The notes: generated from the letters alone by a model not told the origin. A stretch of DNA of 64,000 bases from Candidatus Bathyarchaeota archaeon (GCA_963826715.1 CAWGYA010000002.1:192001-256000), one strand, 5' to 3'; shown: positions 9,545-19,619, numbered from the stretch's first letter. Made by a program: numbers and translations.

Positions 9545-9666
9545 CTTTAGAAGCCTCCAAAAAAGAAAAAGAGGTTGGTATGCGGGTGATGTTAGAAGGG
9601 GAATGTAATTTTTTACATAACGTTAATAAGTGTTTTTTTAAAAGCTAATAGAACGGTGCATCCAAA

Positions 9667-10617
9667 TTGAGCAACGACCTCAAAAAAGCTCAGCACATAA
9701 GCCGATGCTTACAACTCGCGATTGTTCTCGAAGTTAGTGCGGACAAACCGGGTAACGTAAATTTAGTTGTGGATTTCGAAGGAACCCGAGTCGAACATTT
9801 CCTGGCTTCCTCTATCGCTGCCGGACCGTCATTTCAAGATGCTGCCTATCGAGGAATCGAGATTGCTCAGAAGAAACGCAACGTCGCTGATGCAGAACTG
9901 GGCGAACTCATCAAGTGGGGTATCGTAGACATAGACACTTGGCAACGTGGCGGCAACACACTCTTGGGCACAATTATGCTTTTTGCACCGCTAGCAGTTG
10001 CGGCAGGAATGACGCCAACCGACGAAAAATATAGAGGCGACTTTGGAATTCTAAGAAAAAATATCGATATCGTAATAAAGGCGACAACTGCCAAAGATGC
10101 GTTGGCTGTATATGAAGCTATAGACATTGCCAAGCCAAGCGGGCTCAACGGGGCACCCGACCTTAGCGTTAAAGATCAAGAATCCAAAAAGCGCTTAATT
10201 AAAGAAAAAGTAACCCTAAGAAAAGTGTTCGAGATTGCCTCTGGCTACGATGACATCTGCAGTGAATGGGTAGAGAATTTCCCTATAACATTTGATTTAG
10301 CTTATCCCTATCTGATGAATCAGCTAAAACATAAAGACCTAAACAGTGCCATTGTAAACACGTTCCTCAAAGTCCTCTCTGAGCATCCAGACACATTTAT
10401 CGCCCGAAAAGTTGGAGTGGAAAAAGCAAAAGAAGTCTCTGCTGGTGCAAAAGAAATCCTTGACCTTGGCGGAGTAGAATCCATGAATGGAAAAAAATGC
10501 TTAATCGCCTTTGACAAGAAACTCCGCAATGCAGGAAACGATTACAATCCAGGCACTACCGCGGACATAACTGCCGCGGCGTTGGCGCTTTGTACTCTAA
10601 GCGGCTACCGACCATAA
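9667..10617 (+). CDS. citG: Triphosphoribosyl-dephospho-CoA synthase family protein (archaeal CitG)
   Basis: LEVSADKPGNV, GNTLLG and NPGTTAD motifs. Confidence 0.9.
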   Translation: MSNDLKKAQHISRCLQLAIVLEVSADKPGNVNLVVDFEGTRVEHFLASSIAAGPSFQDAAYRGIEIAQKKRNVADAELGELIKWGIVDIDTWQRGGNTLLGTIMLFAPLAVAAGMTPTDEKYRGDFGILRKNIDIVIKATTAKDALAVYEAIDIAKPSGLNGAPDLSVKDQESKKRLIKEKVTLRKVFEIASGYDDICSEWVENFPITFDLAYPYLMNQLKHKDLNSAIVNTFLKVLSEHPDTFIARKVGVEKAKEVSAGAKEILDLGGVESMNGKKCLIAFDKKLRNAGNDYNPGTTADITAAALALCTLSGYRP

Positions 10618-10742
10618 ATCTTCAGGCACACCTTTTTAAAAAAGCGTACTTGATCTTTAGGAAAACAATCATACTGAAGCCCCGGTTATTAGTAAATCCT
10701 TATATGAAAAGGCGTTATCAGCCAAAGTCGGAGAAATATTCG

Positions 10743-11378
10743 ATGCTATCTGAAAACGACACAGAAAAATTTTCTTTTCTCGTGAAATTAGCCCTCGAAA
10801 AAGGGGCAACAGAAGCAAAAATCATCCCAGCCAACAGAGTCGTCATTGAAGACCGCGTTGTTCTCAAATGCAAAGTCGGTTGTAACCATTATGGCAAAAC
10901 GCTAGCTTGCCCACCTTACACCCCCACGGCAGAGCAATTCCGAAAAATCGTGGGCGAATACAGCTACGCCATGTTTATGAAGTTCACTACGAACGCAACT
11001 GCTGACACAGAAGTTTACAAGTATCTAATGACATACGAGTCCGACCCCTCCATTCCCAAACACATCAAAGAAAAAGCTGCCAAGTTCTGGCGGGACTGGA
11101 AAGACGACAAAATAAAGATGCTCCAATCAGTGGTCGATCTTGAAAAAATCGCAATGAAGCAAGGCTTCAGCTTAGCTATCTCATTTATTTCGGGACACTG
11201 CCAACTCTGTGATACATGCAACTTGGAAAATAAAATTTGCAGACACCCCGAGTTAGCCCGCATTTCCGAGGATGCAGTGGGCGTTAACGTGAAGAAAACC
11301 GCTGCTAACGCAGGCATAACGTTTACTTTTCCATTTACTAAAAATGCAGACTCCTTTGCACTATTACTTATCGATTAA
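10743..11378 (+). CDS. DUF2284 family metal-binding protein
   Basis: KCKVGC..YG..LACPP and GHCQLC..C...CRHP...RIS.DAVGVNV motifs; likely start 10743. Confidence 0.85.
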   Translation: MLSENDTEKFSFLVKLALEKGATEAKIIPANRVVIEDRVVLKCKVGCNHYGKTLACPPYTPTAEQFRKIVGEYSYAMFMKFTTNATADTEVYKYLMTYESDPSIPKHIKEKAAKFWRDWKDDKIKMLQSVVDLEKIAMKQGFSLAISFISGHCQLCDTCNLENKICRHPELARISEDAVGVNVKKTAANAGITFTFPFTKNADSFALLLID

Positions 11379-11434
11379 GCCCATCTAGCAAAACTCTAAA
11401 TATTTTCTTGTTTTAAACTTATAGCGATGTACCT

Positions 11435-11704
11435 GTGAAGCTTCTACTTGATGAAATGTATTCCGGCTTGAAGGAGTATTTTGAGGCTTTGGACTATGAA
11501 GTTCTGACAGCACAAGAGGCAGGTTTGAAGGCAGCTAAAGACCGTGATATTGTTAAATATGCAAGCAAACATGACTTGATTTTAGTGACACAAGACCAAA
11601 AACCCGCAGAACTCGCTGAGTTAATGCACGTTAGATACATTTTCATCTCTAACTTAATGATTGCCAAATTGGTAGATGAAAAAATAAAAGTCACCTTCAA
11701 ATAA
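11435..11704 (+). CDS. DUF5615/Mut7-C-like PIN-fold protein
   Basis: LLLDEM...D..I...A...ILVTQD motif. Confidence 0.75.
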   Translation: MKLLLDEMYSGLKEYFEALDYEVLTAQEAGLKAAKDRDIVKYASKHDLILVTQDQKPAELAELMHVRYIFISNLMIAKLVDEKIKVTFK

Positions 11705-11709
11705 GCCCT

Positions 11710-12262
11710 CTAGATGCTTATGTGACGTAGATATTTATTCCAAAGATACGCTGCCGCGTAGCCTGCCACTGCACCAACAGCAGGTCCCATAAAGAGTACA
11801 AGAGCATCTATCATTGGACTTCGCTGAATGAAGAGACTCACGTATGTGAAACCCTGATTTGTAAAGAATTCTGGTGAAACGGCAAACGCGGAGTAGCTTG
11901 AAATTGCTATTAAAAGAGTACTAAAAGCCATGGCAATTATCAATCTATTACGGTTGACGCCTTGAGAGGAGCCTTTAATTTTGAATAAGAAAAGGAAAGT
12001 GTCAACGAAGATTCCATAGAGGAAGGCAAAGAAAAACGTGAAGGGCCCAAGAGCGGGGCTGACCAGCGTTGTCAATAATCCGCCGACTGCTCCGACATAC
12101 ATGGCACCGACGCGATGAATAAAGAGCGCACTTAGAGCAAGCAATACTGCTTGGACGACAATCATGAGGTAGTTAAGAGGCGGAGGCAAAAACATGTTGC
12201 CGACAAAAATTATCGAGCCGAATAGCGCGATTATGAATAACCTCTGAAGTCGCTGCGTCCAA
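11710..12262 (-). CDS. Integral membrane protein (ECF S-component-like); apparent +1 frameshift near start
   Basis: 5-6 TM segments; SD-preceded TTG at 12262 joins the frame if one base near 12253 is removed; track start 12195. Confidence 0.6.
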
Positions 12263-12378
12263 TTGTCCCCTCTTTGTTAATAGCAGTTGTCCTTCAATTT
12301 AAAAACATATATTCTTATTGAAGGTAAGAAAGAAAAATAAACTGTTAATTTGTTGTAAGAAGTTTTGAAGGGCGAAAA

Positions 12379-12744
12379 ATGAAGTGCGAAGGTTGCGGAG
12401 TTCAGCTTGCTGAAAATGAAGCTATTATACACATAGGAAAAACTTTATGTGAAGACTGTTGTTTTGACTCAATGAATCCTCCTAAAATCTGTGATCCTAC
12501 CGCTGTTTCATCCACCCTCACCGTACGCAAGCAGATGGGTCATTCAGGAACCGAAGGGTTAAGTGATCTACAAAAGAAAATTTACAATCTTGTGGTGCAG
12601 AAGGGTCAAATCAGACGAGAAGAACTTGTCCAAACTCTGCAATTATCTGCTTTGGAATTTGAGCGGGAATTTGCGGTTTTGCGCCATTGCGAGTTGCTTC
12701 GGGGTTTCAAAGAAGGAAATACTGTATATTTCACAAAATATTAA
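12379..12744 (+). CDS. Zn-finger + winged-HTH hypothetical protein
   Basis: CEGC...CEDCC N-terminus; LSDLQKKIYNLV... wHTH-like C-terminus. Confidence 0.7.
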   Translation: MKCEGCGVQLAENEAIIHIGKTLCEDCCFDSMNPPKICDPTAVSSTLTVRKQMGHSGTEGLSDLQKKIYNLVVQKGQIRREELVQTLQLSALEFEREFAVLRHCELLRGFKEGNTVYFTKY

Positions 12745-12878
12745 ACAACCGATTATTGATTATCGTTTTTTATTTTGAGCTTGCTTTTTAACGGAAAGTT
12801 ATAAATCTGCAAGATGCCATATTACCCTGCATTGCATTAATTGCATCATATATGTAAATAAGGAGTAGTAGAGATAAA

Positions 12879-13628
12879 ATGAGCACACATGCAGAAGACT
12901 TAAAATTACGATTAATGACCATAGAGCTCCTAAGAACTGCAAAGTACAAACGCAACATAACTTACCGCGAATTAGCCTCTAAAACAGGCTTACCTGTCAC
13001 GGTTCTAAGTCGATATGCCAAAGGGCACGTGCTCCCCAACACAACCCGCGCAAAGCAGCTTTGGAAAGTCCTAACCAAACTAGTCGGGCTAGAAACGGAA
13101 CTTAGAAGTCGCATAAAATTTGACGATATCGGCTATTTTGACAACACTGAAATCGTCGGCGACTATAACATACTTCAACAAGCAGCCAACCATGCGCTGG
13201 CAAACTTTGCCGGTAAACGCGTCACAAAAATCCTCACGGCCGCCGTTGACGGAATTCCTCTTGCAACAATGGTTGCCAATGCCTTAGGCGTGAACCTAAT
13301 TGTGGCCAAGCGGAATAAAGAAGTTGGCGTTCGCGCTTTTCTTGAGGAAACCTACATTTTGGGGCGCGATTCAGGTGTAACAGTCACGCTCTACATTCCG
13401 AAAGAATCCATCAAGAAACGCGATAGCGTATTAGTGGTGGATGACATGATCAAAAGCGGTGAAACCCAAGAGGCACTGGTGAATCTAGTTAAGAAATCCA
13501 AAGCAGAGGTATCAGGCATCTTCTCACTCATCGCAGTAGGCGAGGAATGGAAAAAACGACTTAAGTCAGGCCAAGACTCTCCAATTGAAGTCGTAACCTC
13601 GCTCAAATCACCCTTCGACACTTCTTAA
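12879..13628 (+). CDS. HTH + purine phosphoribosyltransferase-domain protein (PurR-like)
   Basis: TYRELASKTGLPVTVLSRY HTH; VLVVDDMIKSGET PRPP loop. Confidence 0.85.
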   Translation: MSTHAEDLKLRLMTIELLRTAKYKRNITYRELASKTGLPVTVLSRYAKGHVLPNTTRAKQLWKVLTKLVGLETELRSRIKFDDIGYFDNTEIVGDYNILQQAANHALANFAGKRVTKILTAAVDGIPLATMVANALGVNLIVAKRNKEVGVRAFLEETYILGRDSGVTVTLYIPKESIKKRDSVLVVDDMIKSGETQEALVNLVKKSKAEVSGIFSLIAVGEEWKKRLKSGQDSPIEVVTSLKSPFDTS

Positions 13629-13646
13629 ATGCAAGAGGAACCACTC

Positions 13647-14672
13647 ATGCGGATGATTAAGTGGCAAAACGGCACAGTTATAACACTCGATCAAACCAAA
13701 CTGCCCCTCCGCGAAGTTACCTTAGAAATAAAAACTGTCGAGGAGATGGCTGAGGCAATTAAAATGCTCCGGATAAGAGGCGCTCCGCTCTTAGGAGCAG
13801 CAGCAGGCTTCGGTCTCGCTATAGCTGCCCATAACTCTAACGCAAAAACCTCAAATCAACTTTTAGACGAACTTGCCGTCGCAGGTTCTCTAATCAAACA
13901 CCAACGTCCAACTGCAGTAAATCTGTTCTGGGGTGTAGACCGCGTATTATGTAAGGCCAAATCAACATTAGGAAAAACAGATCAAATTAAAGCCGCAGTT
14001 ATAACTGAAGCTAAGATTATCGCAGAGGAAGACGCAGCACAAAATCGAGCTATTGGCAAAAACGGTTCGGTCATTATCGAGGACGGGGATACAATCCTTA
14101 CTCACTGCAACGCAGGTGAACTTGCAACCGTCGAGTACGGTACCGCCTTGGGCGTTATCCGAGCGGCATGGACTGAAGGCAAAAAAATCAAGGTTATTGC
14201 CGACGAAACCCGACCATTGCTCCAGGGAGCAAGGCTCACCGTATATGAGCTAAAACGCGACGGTATCCCAGTTACATTGATTACAGATAACATGGCAGCC
14301 TACGTGATGAACAAGGGACTTATCAACAAAGTCATTGTAGGAGCAGACCGAATCGTTCAGGATGCTGTCTTTAATAAGATCGGTACCTATGGCGTCGCTA
14401 TTTTGGCCCATGAACACGGTATTCCCTTTTATGTTGCAGCTCCTAAATCCACATTCGACTTGACTTGTAAAGCCGCCGATGTAACAATTGAGGAGCGAAA
14501 TCCTGAAGAAGTCACCCATGTAGGTTGCCAGCAAACCGCTCCAGATGGAGTCGCAGTCTATAACCCCGCTTTTGACGCCACCCCCCTCAAATACGTGACG
14601 GGCATCATAACAGAACACGGGATTTACACAAAGGGGGACTACAACAAATTCAACCCCTCCTTCCTTCTATAA
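13647..14672 (+). CDS. mtnA: S-methyl-5-thioribose-1-phosphate isomerase
   Basis: LDQTKLP, IRGAP, RPTAVNL, THCNAG, ETRPLLQGARLT, NPAFD motifs. Confidence 0.93.
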   Translation: MRMIKWQNGTVITLDQTKLPLREVTLEIKTVEEMAEAIKMLRIRGAPLLGAAAGFGLAIAAHNSNAKTSNQLLDELAVAGSLIKHQRPTAVNLFWGVDRVLCKAKSTLGKTDQIKAAVITEAKIIAEEDAAQNRAIGKNGSVIIEDGDTILTHCNAGELATVEYGTALGVIRAAWTEGKKIKVIADETRPLLQGARLTVYELKRDGIPVTLITDNMAAYVMNKGLINKVIVGADRIVQDAVFNKIGTYGVAILAHEHGIPFYVAAPKSTFDLTCKAADVTIEERNPEEVTHVGCQQTAPDGVAVYNPAFDATPLKYVTGIITEHGIYTKGDYNKFNPSFLL

Positions 14673-14781
14673 ACCCTTATCCTTTACTTTTGGCGTTCTG
14701 AAGTAGACCCAAATTAAACTCAAGAAAAGCATAACGTTAAAGAGCCGACAAAAACAAATCAAGACCAAAGTTGATTAAGCA

Positions 14782-15336
14782 ATGAGTGAAACAAAAAAAT
14801 CTCCTCCAATCGAATTCAAAACAAGCGGCATTCTGACTGAAAGGGGGATATTGGTTACTGAATTGAGCAGCATCGATCAACTTACCAATCGGGGCTACGG
14901 TACAGTTGAAGAAAAAACATTCACCTTGACTTTTTTTGAAGCTCTTTACCTTCAAGATAAGGGAATGTTGGAAGTCAAAGACACAGACACTGAATCGGTT
15001 GAGTTCCAAACCCTTCTGAAATGCTACGAAAAACAAAACGAAAATGCTTGGGTCAACTATCTTATCTATCGGGACCTTCGTAGCCGAGGATATGTTGTGA
15101 GGGAAGGTTTTGGCATCGGCATTAACTTTCGCATCTACGAGCGGGGAACATACGGCAAAGATACCGCGCCCTATTTGATTTTAGGCACACAAGAAGGTAA
15201 ACCACTACCAATCAACGATTTAGCTGATGCGTTATCGAATTGCCAAAGTCAAAAGAAGGAGTTGGTTTTGGCGGTTATGAATCGCCGAGGTGAAATCGTT
15301 TATTACTCGGTTGGGGAACTTCACTTTCCCGTTTAA
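14782..15336 (+). CDS. endA: tRNA-intron endonuclease, probable structural (beta) subunit
   Basis: EALYL, YRDLRSRGYVV, FRIY motifs; catalytic His position reads T (KDTAPY). Confidence 0.8.
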   Translation: MSETKKSPPIEFKTSGILTERGILVTELSSIDQLTNRGYGTVEEKTFTLTFFEALYLQDKGMLEVKDTDTESVEFQTLLKCYEKQNENAWVNYLIYRDLRSRGYVVREGFGIGINFRIYERGTYGKDTAPYLILGTQEGKPLPINDLADALSNCQSQKKELVLAVMNRRGEIVYYSVGELHFPV

Positions 15337-16034
15337 AGTGGGTTTCTACTCATAAGTAACTCTTGAATTGTCAACATTTGAATGTCGATCCCATAGCTCC
15401 GCTTTGCACGCACTTTGCCGCGAATTGCATCGGGGTTAAATCCAAAAGCTATAATCATCCCGTTATGAATTTTTTTTCGAGCAACTGAGGAAGCAAAGAG
15501 GTCAATGTCACGTATACTCACACTGTCGGATTGTTTGATAGCAAGAGGGTACCCCATAGAAGAGAAACCATCGATCCCATGTGAAGAATCAATAGATGAA
15601 GCGATAGTGCCTCTCATTTTCTTTAGCACCCATGTCTGAAATTCGCCATAAGTCAGCTTACGCAGGCTCCTTTCGTTCATCCCCCGCCTCTTGATGAACA
15701 TGAACCCAATTACTACCACTGCCAAAGTTAGAAGAATTATTAATGCAATCTCGCTTACGATTCCAAAGTCTATGCTGTTGGATTTTGTTCTTGTGGGCGT
15801 AATGCGATTTATGCTACTACTATCAGAGTCGGGGTCATTGGTTGACAGGGCAACATTCAAAGTAGGTTCAGGGGTAGCTATTTTTGATGGACCAGGCGAT
15901 GGTGTACTTGGTGTCGGTGTTATGATTTTTGGGGCTTGGCACTGGGAATTTGATGGTAAAATGCCAAGTAGAAATAAGCCAACAATGATAATTATTAATA
16001 ATTTTGTTGACACATTTTTCCTCAGAGACCTCAT
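15333..16034 (-). CDS. Membrane-anchored Mrr-like (PD-(D/E)xK) restriction-endonuclease-domain protein
   Basis: Signal peptide, P/T/S-rich linker, TM helix, then EFQTWV...GIDG...AIKQ...GMIIAFGFNPDA. Confidence 0.7.
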   Translation of the reverse strand: MRSLRKNVSTKLLIIIIVGLFLLGILPSNSQCQAPKIITPTPSTPSPGPSKIATPEPTLNVALSTNDPDSDSSSINRITPTRTKSNSIDFGIVSEIALIILLTLAVVVIGFMFIKRRGMNERSLRKLTYGEFQTWVLKKMRGTIASSIDSSHGIDGFSSMGYPLAIKQSDSVSIRDIDLFASSVARKKIHNGMIIAFGFNPDAIRGKVRAKRSYGIDIQMLTIQELLMSRNPL

Positions 16035-16245
16035 TTCTTAACTTTCCTTATTTTTTATCTTTCTCTATACTTAAAGAAGGCTATGCCTGATTCACTTAAA
16101 TAATTTTGCAAGAAAGAGCCAAGCACGTGACATTCCACTTATTATCCAGCTAAAATTTTGTACATAAGCATTCGACAATAGAAATATGCCAAACAGGATT
16201 CTTCGAAGCAAATTATTTAGAGAAAACAAATCATCCTTATTCAAT

Positions 16246-16625
16246 ATGGCAAAAAGAGACAGGATCTAATAATTTCTCGTGGAATACTAAGAATTATGCC
16301 AAGAACTCGGAGAACCAATTCGAGTTGGCACAGGAATTGATTACAAGACTCAAGTTTATAGTAACGAGGACCGTCTAGACACTGGTTGAAGCGATGACAA
16401 ATAACTGCTGAATTCCCAAGATGCCTTCCAAACTGCAACTTAACATAGAGTTGGTTGGATGAATTCGCACAACTTGGTTTTCGTTTACTGAACTATTTCC
16501 TATTGAAAAAAGTAAGGGGTTTGTGAAAAGATTGTTATCGCTACCTAAATTGTAATCCTCTAGAGGTAGAAAGAAATGCACATTTTCGTATCATGCGACT
16601 TGAAGTGGAAAGGCAAAAGGAGTAA
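16246..16625 (+). pseudogene. Degraded Tam-like class I SAM-dependent methyltransferase
   Basis: Across frameshifts reads WNTKNYAKNSENQFELAQELI..NEDRLDTG*SDDK.TAEFPRCLPN / LVG*IRTTW...RYL..NPLE...IMRLEVE. Confidence 0.75.
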
Positions 16626-16715
16626 TGTACCATTTTCTTTTGTCTGAGTTTTGCTGCTTGGGCGAGAGTTTAAAAGAACAAACACGCCAATCTATCTGTT
16701 TAGGAGCATAATTGC

Positions 16716-17993
16716 ATGCCATCGAGTTTCCAGCCTGTTCGCGGAATGCGGGACTTAATCGGAGAAGAAGCCCAAATATTTACACATATCATAAGCAACG
16801 CACGAGAAACCGCCAAACTCTACAGCTACAAAGAAGTCATAACCCCTCACGTTGAACCCCTTGAACTACTAAGTGCCAAGTCAGGCGAAGAAATCCGCCA
16901 ACGCATGTTCATATTCAAAGATTTAGGGGAGCGCCAAGTGGCGCTACGCCCAGAGTTTACCGCTTCAATTGCACGTTTAGCCACAACTGCGCTCAAGAAC
17001 GAACCCAAACCGCTAAGATTATTTTCTGTGGGAACCGTTTACCGCTACGATGAGCCACAGCGTGGGCGTTACCGAGAGTTTTGGCAATCAAACTTTGAAG
17101 TAATGGGCTCAGCAAAACCCGAAGCAGACGCAGAAATTGTTTTGTTGACGAATTATTTGATGCACTCGTTAGGATTACATAATTACGCGTTCAAAATTGG
17201 GCACATCGGCGTAATCCGAGGCATTCTCAGCCAAGAGGGCGTGGACGAGAAAACCCAAAACGTAGTTTTACAGCGCATGGACAAAAAAGAATATGATACT
17301 GCCTTCAAGCTTGTAGAATCAGAGAAATGCAAAACCATGCTTAGAGGACTTTTGGAAATTCGCGGCAACGATTGGCTTGACTCAGTTGAACAAATCCAAA
17401 GTTACGTTGCCAACTATGAAAAAGCAAAGGCTGCCGCAGAAAACCTCGCTGAAGTTCTCAAACTCATAGCTGAAAGCTCTGACCTAACGGTAACCGTGGA
17501 GCCTGCTTTTGCCCGAGGATTAGAATATTACACGGGCATGATTTTTGAAATCTACATTCCTGGATTGGAGATTGCTTTAGGCGGCGGAGGTCGATACGAC
17601 AAACTAATCGAAGCCTTTGGCGGCGAACCCACCCCAGCAGTTGGCTGCGCTCATGGAATCGACAGAATTACAATTGCCCTGCACACACAGAAAACGGCAC
17701 TTAATGCAAAAGCAAGAAAAAAAGTCGCCGTCATACCCATCACCGAAACTTTAAAGGCTGATGCATTAAAAATTGCCCAACAACTTCGCGCCGCAGGAAT
17801 CGCTGTGGAGTTTGAGGTTATGGGCAGAAAAATGACAAAAGCCCTCGAGGACGCAGACAAACGCAAGATGGATTTTGCAGTCATCATCGGGGAACGCGAA
17901 CTCAAAGAGAACGCTGTGGTGTTCAAGGATTTAGTGAACCGACAACAAGCCACAGTTTCAATCGATAAACTGGTTGAAAAAATTAAAAACTAA
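16716..17993 (+). CDS. hisS: Histidyl-tRNA synthetase
   Basis: VRGMRD, LRPEFT, RYDEPQRGRYREF, RGLEYYTG, GGGRYD. Confidence 0.97.
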   Translation: MPSSFQPVRGMRDLIGEEAQIFTHIISNARETAKLYSYKEVITPHVEPLELLSAKSGEEIRQRMFIFKDLGERQVALRPEFTASIARLATTALKNEPKPLRLFSVGTVYRYDEPQRGRYREFWQSNFEVMGSAKPEADAEIVLLTNYLMHSLGLHNYAFKIGHIGVIRGILSQEGVDEKTQNVVLQRMDKKEYDTAFKLVESEKCKTMLRGLLEIRGNDWLDSVEQIQSYVANYEKAKAAAENLAEVLKLIAESSDLTVTVEPAFARGLEYYTGMIFEIYIPGLEIALGGGGRYDKLIEAFGGEPTPAVGCAHGIDRITIALHTQKTALNAKARKKVAVIPITETLKADALKIAQQLRAAGIAVEFEVMGRKMTKALEDADKRKMDFAVIIGERELKENAVVFKDLVNRQQATVSIDKLVEKIKN

Positions 17994-18036
17994 AAGAAAA
18001 AAATTGTTGAGCCTCATAAAAGGCTTTCTTTTTGGG

Positions 18037-19401
18037 TTAGAGTCGTTTGATGTAGCGGTTGACTTCCCACTCGGTGACTTGAGTTCGATATAGGTCCCAT
18101 TCGTGACGTTTTTCTTTAAGGAAGTTATCGAATGTTACAGGACCTAATGTTTCTCTCATCAAGTCGCTACTTTCAAGTTCGTCAAGAGCGTCCTTGAGGT
18201 TTTCCGGCAAAGATACGATTCCACGTTGCTTGCGCTCTTCGTAGCTCATGTGGTAAACGTTTAGTTCAACTGCATCACCTGGGTCAATCTTGTTTTTGAT
18301 TCCATCGAGACCGGTTGCAAGTAGCACTGCGAATTGAAGGTAAGGGTTACCTGCCCCATCTGGGCATCGGATTTCCATTCGTGCCGCATTCTTTCGTCCA
18401 CCAAAGTTAGGAACGCGAATGAGTGGTGAACGGTTTTTGTGCGCCCACGCAAGATAAACCGGTGCTTCGTATCCTGGAACGAGACGTTTGTAGCTGTTTG
18501 GCCATGAGTTTAGCACGGCTGCCATTTTGCGGCCATGCGCTAGTTGACCACCGATATAGTTGCGTGCTAGATCTGAGAGGTATCCATGTTTGGAGTCTTC
18601 TGAGTAGAATAGGTTCTCTGTCATATCTTTGTTCCAAAGACTTTGGTGAGTGTGCATACCTGATCCGTTGATGCCTTGGAAGGGCTTTGGCATGTAAGTT
18701 GTGACATAACCGTTTCTCGCCGCAACAACTTTGCCGCACATTTTCATAGTTATAGCACGATCTGCAGTTTCCAACGCTTCGCCGTATTTGAAGTCAATCT
18801 CGTTTTGTCCAAGTGCGACTTCATGGTGGCTAATTTCGATTTCGATGCCGAAGGCTTCGGCGGTGTCTGCGATTTCACGTCGCAAATCGTCGGTTAAGTC
18901 CCCGGGGTGAAAGTCAAAGTAGCCAGCTAGGTCAATAGGGGTTGGTAAACCGCCGGTTTCACTTTCCTTAACTATAAAGAATTCCAGTTCAGGTGCGCAA
19001 ATGAATGTATAGCCATCTTTTGTTGCTTTGTCGACTGCGCGCTCAAGTATATATCTTGGGTCACCTTCGAAGCGTTTGTTCTGCGGAGTGTATACGTCAC
19101 AGATGAGCCTTGCACTGGATTTTTCTTTAGGTCTCCAGGGCAAAACTGCGAAGGTGGTTGGGTCGGGGTAGAGAACCATATCGGATTCTTCGATTGGACG
19201 ATACCCTGTAATGGATGAGCCGTCGAAGGATTGCCCGTTTTCAAAGATGCTCTCTATGTTCTTGGAACTCACAGCAAGATTTTTGAGAAAGCCGTTTATG
19301 TCTGTGAATTGTAGCCTGACAAATTTTATGTCTTGTTCTTGAATCTGTTGAATAACTTTGCTTACTTGTTCTTTCCACGCGGGATTTTTAAAATTTTTCA
19401 T
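18037..19401 (-). CDS. glnA: Glutamine synthetase type I
   Basis: FDGSSI, HHEVA, MPKP..GINGSGMHTH, NSYKRLVPGYEAP. Confidence 0.97.
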   Translation of the reverse strand: MKNFKNPAWKEQVSKVIQQIQEQDIKFVRLQFTDINGFLKNLAVSSKNIESIFENGQSFDGSSITGYRPIEESDMVLYPDPTTFAVLPWRPKEKSSARLICDVYTPQNKRFEGDPRYILERAVDKATKDGYTFICAPELEFFIVKESETGGLPTPIDLAGYFDFHPGDLTDDLRREIADTAEAFGIEIEISHHEVALGQNEIDFKYGEALETADRAITMKMCGKVVAARNGYVTTYMPKPFQGINGSGMHTHQSLWNKDMTENLFYSEDSKHGYLSDLARNYIGGQLAHGRKMAAVLNSWPNSYKRLVPGYEAPVYLAWAHKNRSPLIRVPNFGGRKNAARMEIRCPDGAGNPYLQFAVLLATGLDGIKNKIDPGDAVELNVYHMSYEERKQRGIVSLPENLKDALDELESSDLMRETLGPVTFDNFLKEKRHEWDLYRTQVTEWEVNRYIKRL

Positions 19402-19508
19402 TTTTCTAATACTCCTGCAAATTGCTTGGCTTGCTCTCCATATGTTATGGAAATCAGATTAAACGTAAACATATATAAGTCTATCGCTCAAGCATAATTG
19501 ATAAATGT

Positions 19509-19520
19509 CCAACATGTTGG
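19509..19520. promoter_or_regulatory. Perfect palindrome CCAACATGTTGG upstream of glnA
   Basis: Seen directly; lies upstream of a TATA-like TTATATAT on the minus strand. Confidence 0.35.
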
Positions 19521-19619
19521 TCAAATACTGAAATAATGTATTCCAACTTTCATACACATTGCGCCATAAAAAAGCTGGAAATTAACGTCTGAATAGTCAA
19601 ATAAACAAAAAAAACACAA

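Larger units (their letters stand above)
3700..9620. mobile_element. Integrated plasmid-like element (integrase + primase/helicase + Doc/Fic); boundaries approximate
   Basis: Visibly AT-richer block of co-oriented minus-strand genes of mobile-element type between two divergent host genes; no exact att repeat found. Confidence 0.8.

Noticed and set aside
3700-9620. Provirus
   Set aside because: No recognisable capsid, packaging ATPase or other structural genes
11435-11704. PIN protein as part of a toxin-antitoxin pair
   Set aside because: No adjacent small antitoxin ORF seen
16385-16395. TGA at the Cys position of a GCG-like motif as selenocysteine
   Set aside because: Surrounded by frameshifts, a second TGA at a Trp position and a large deletion, so this is decay
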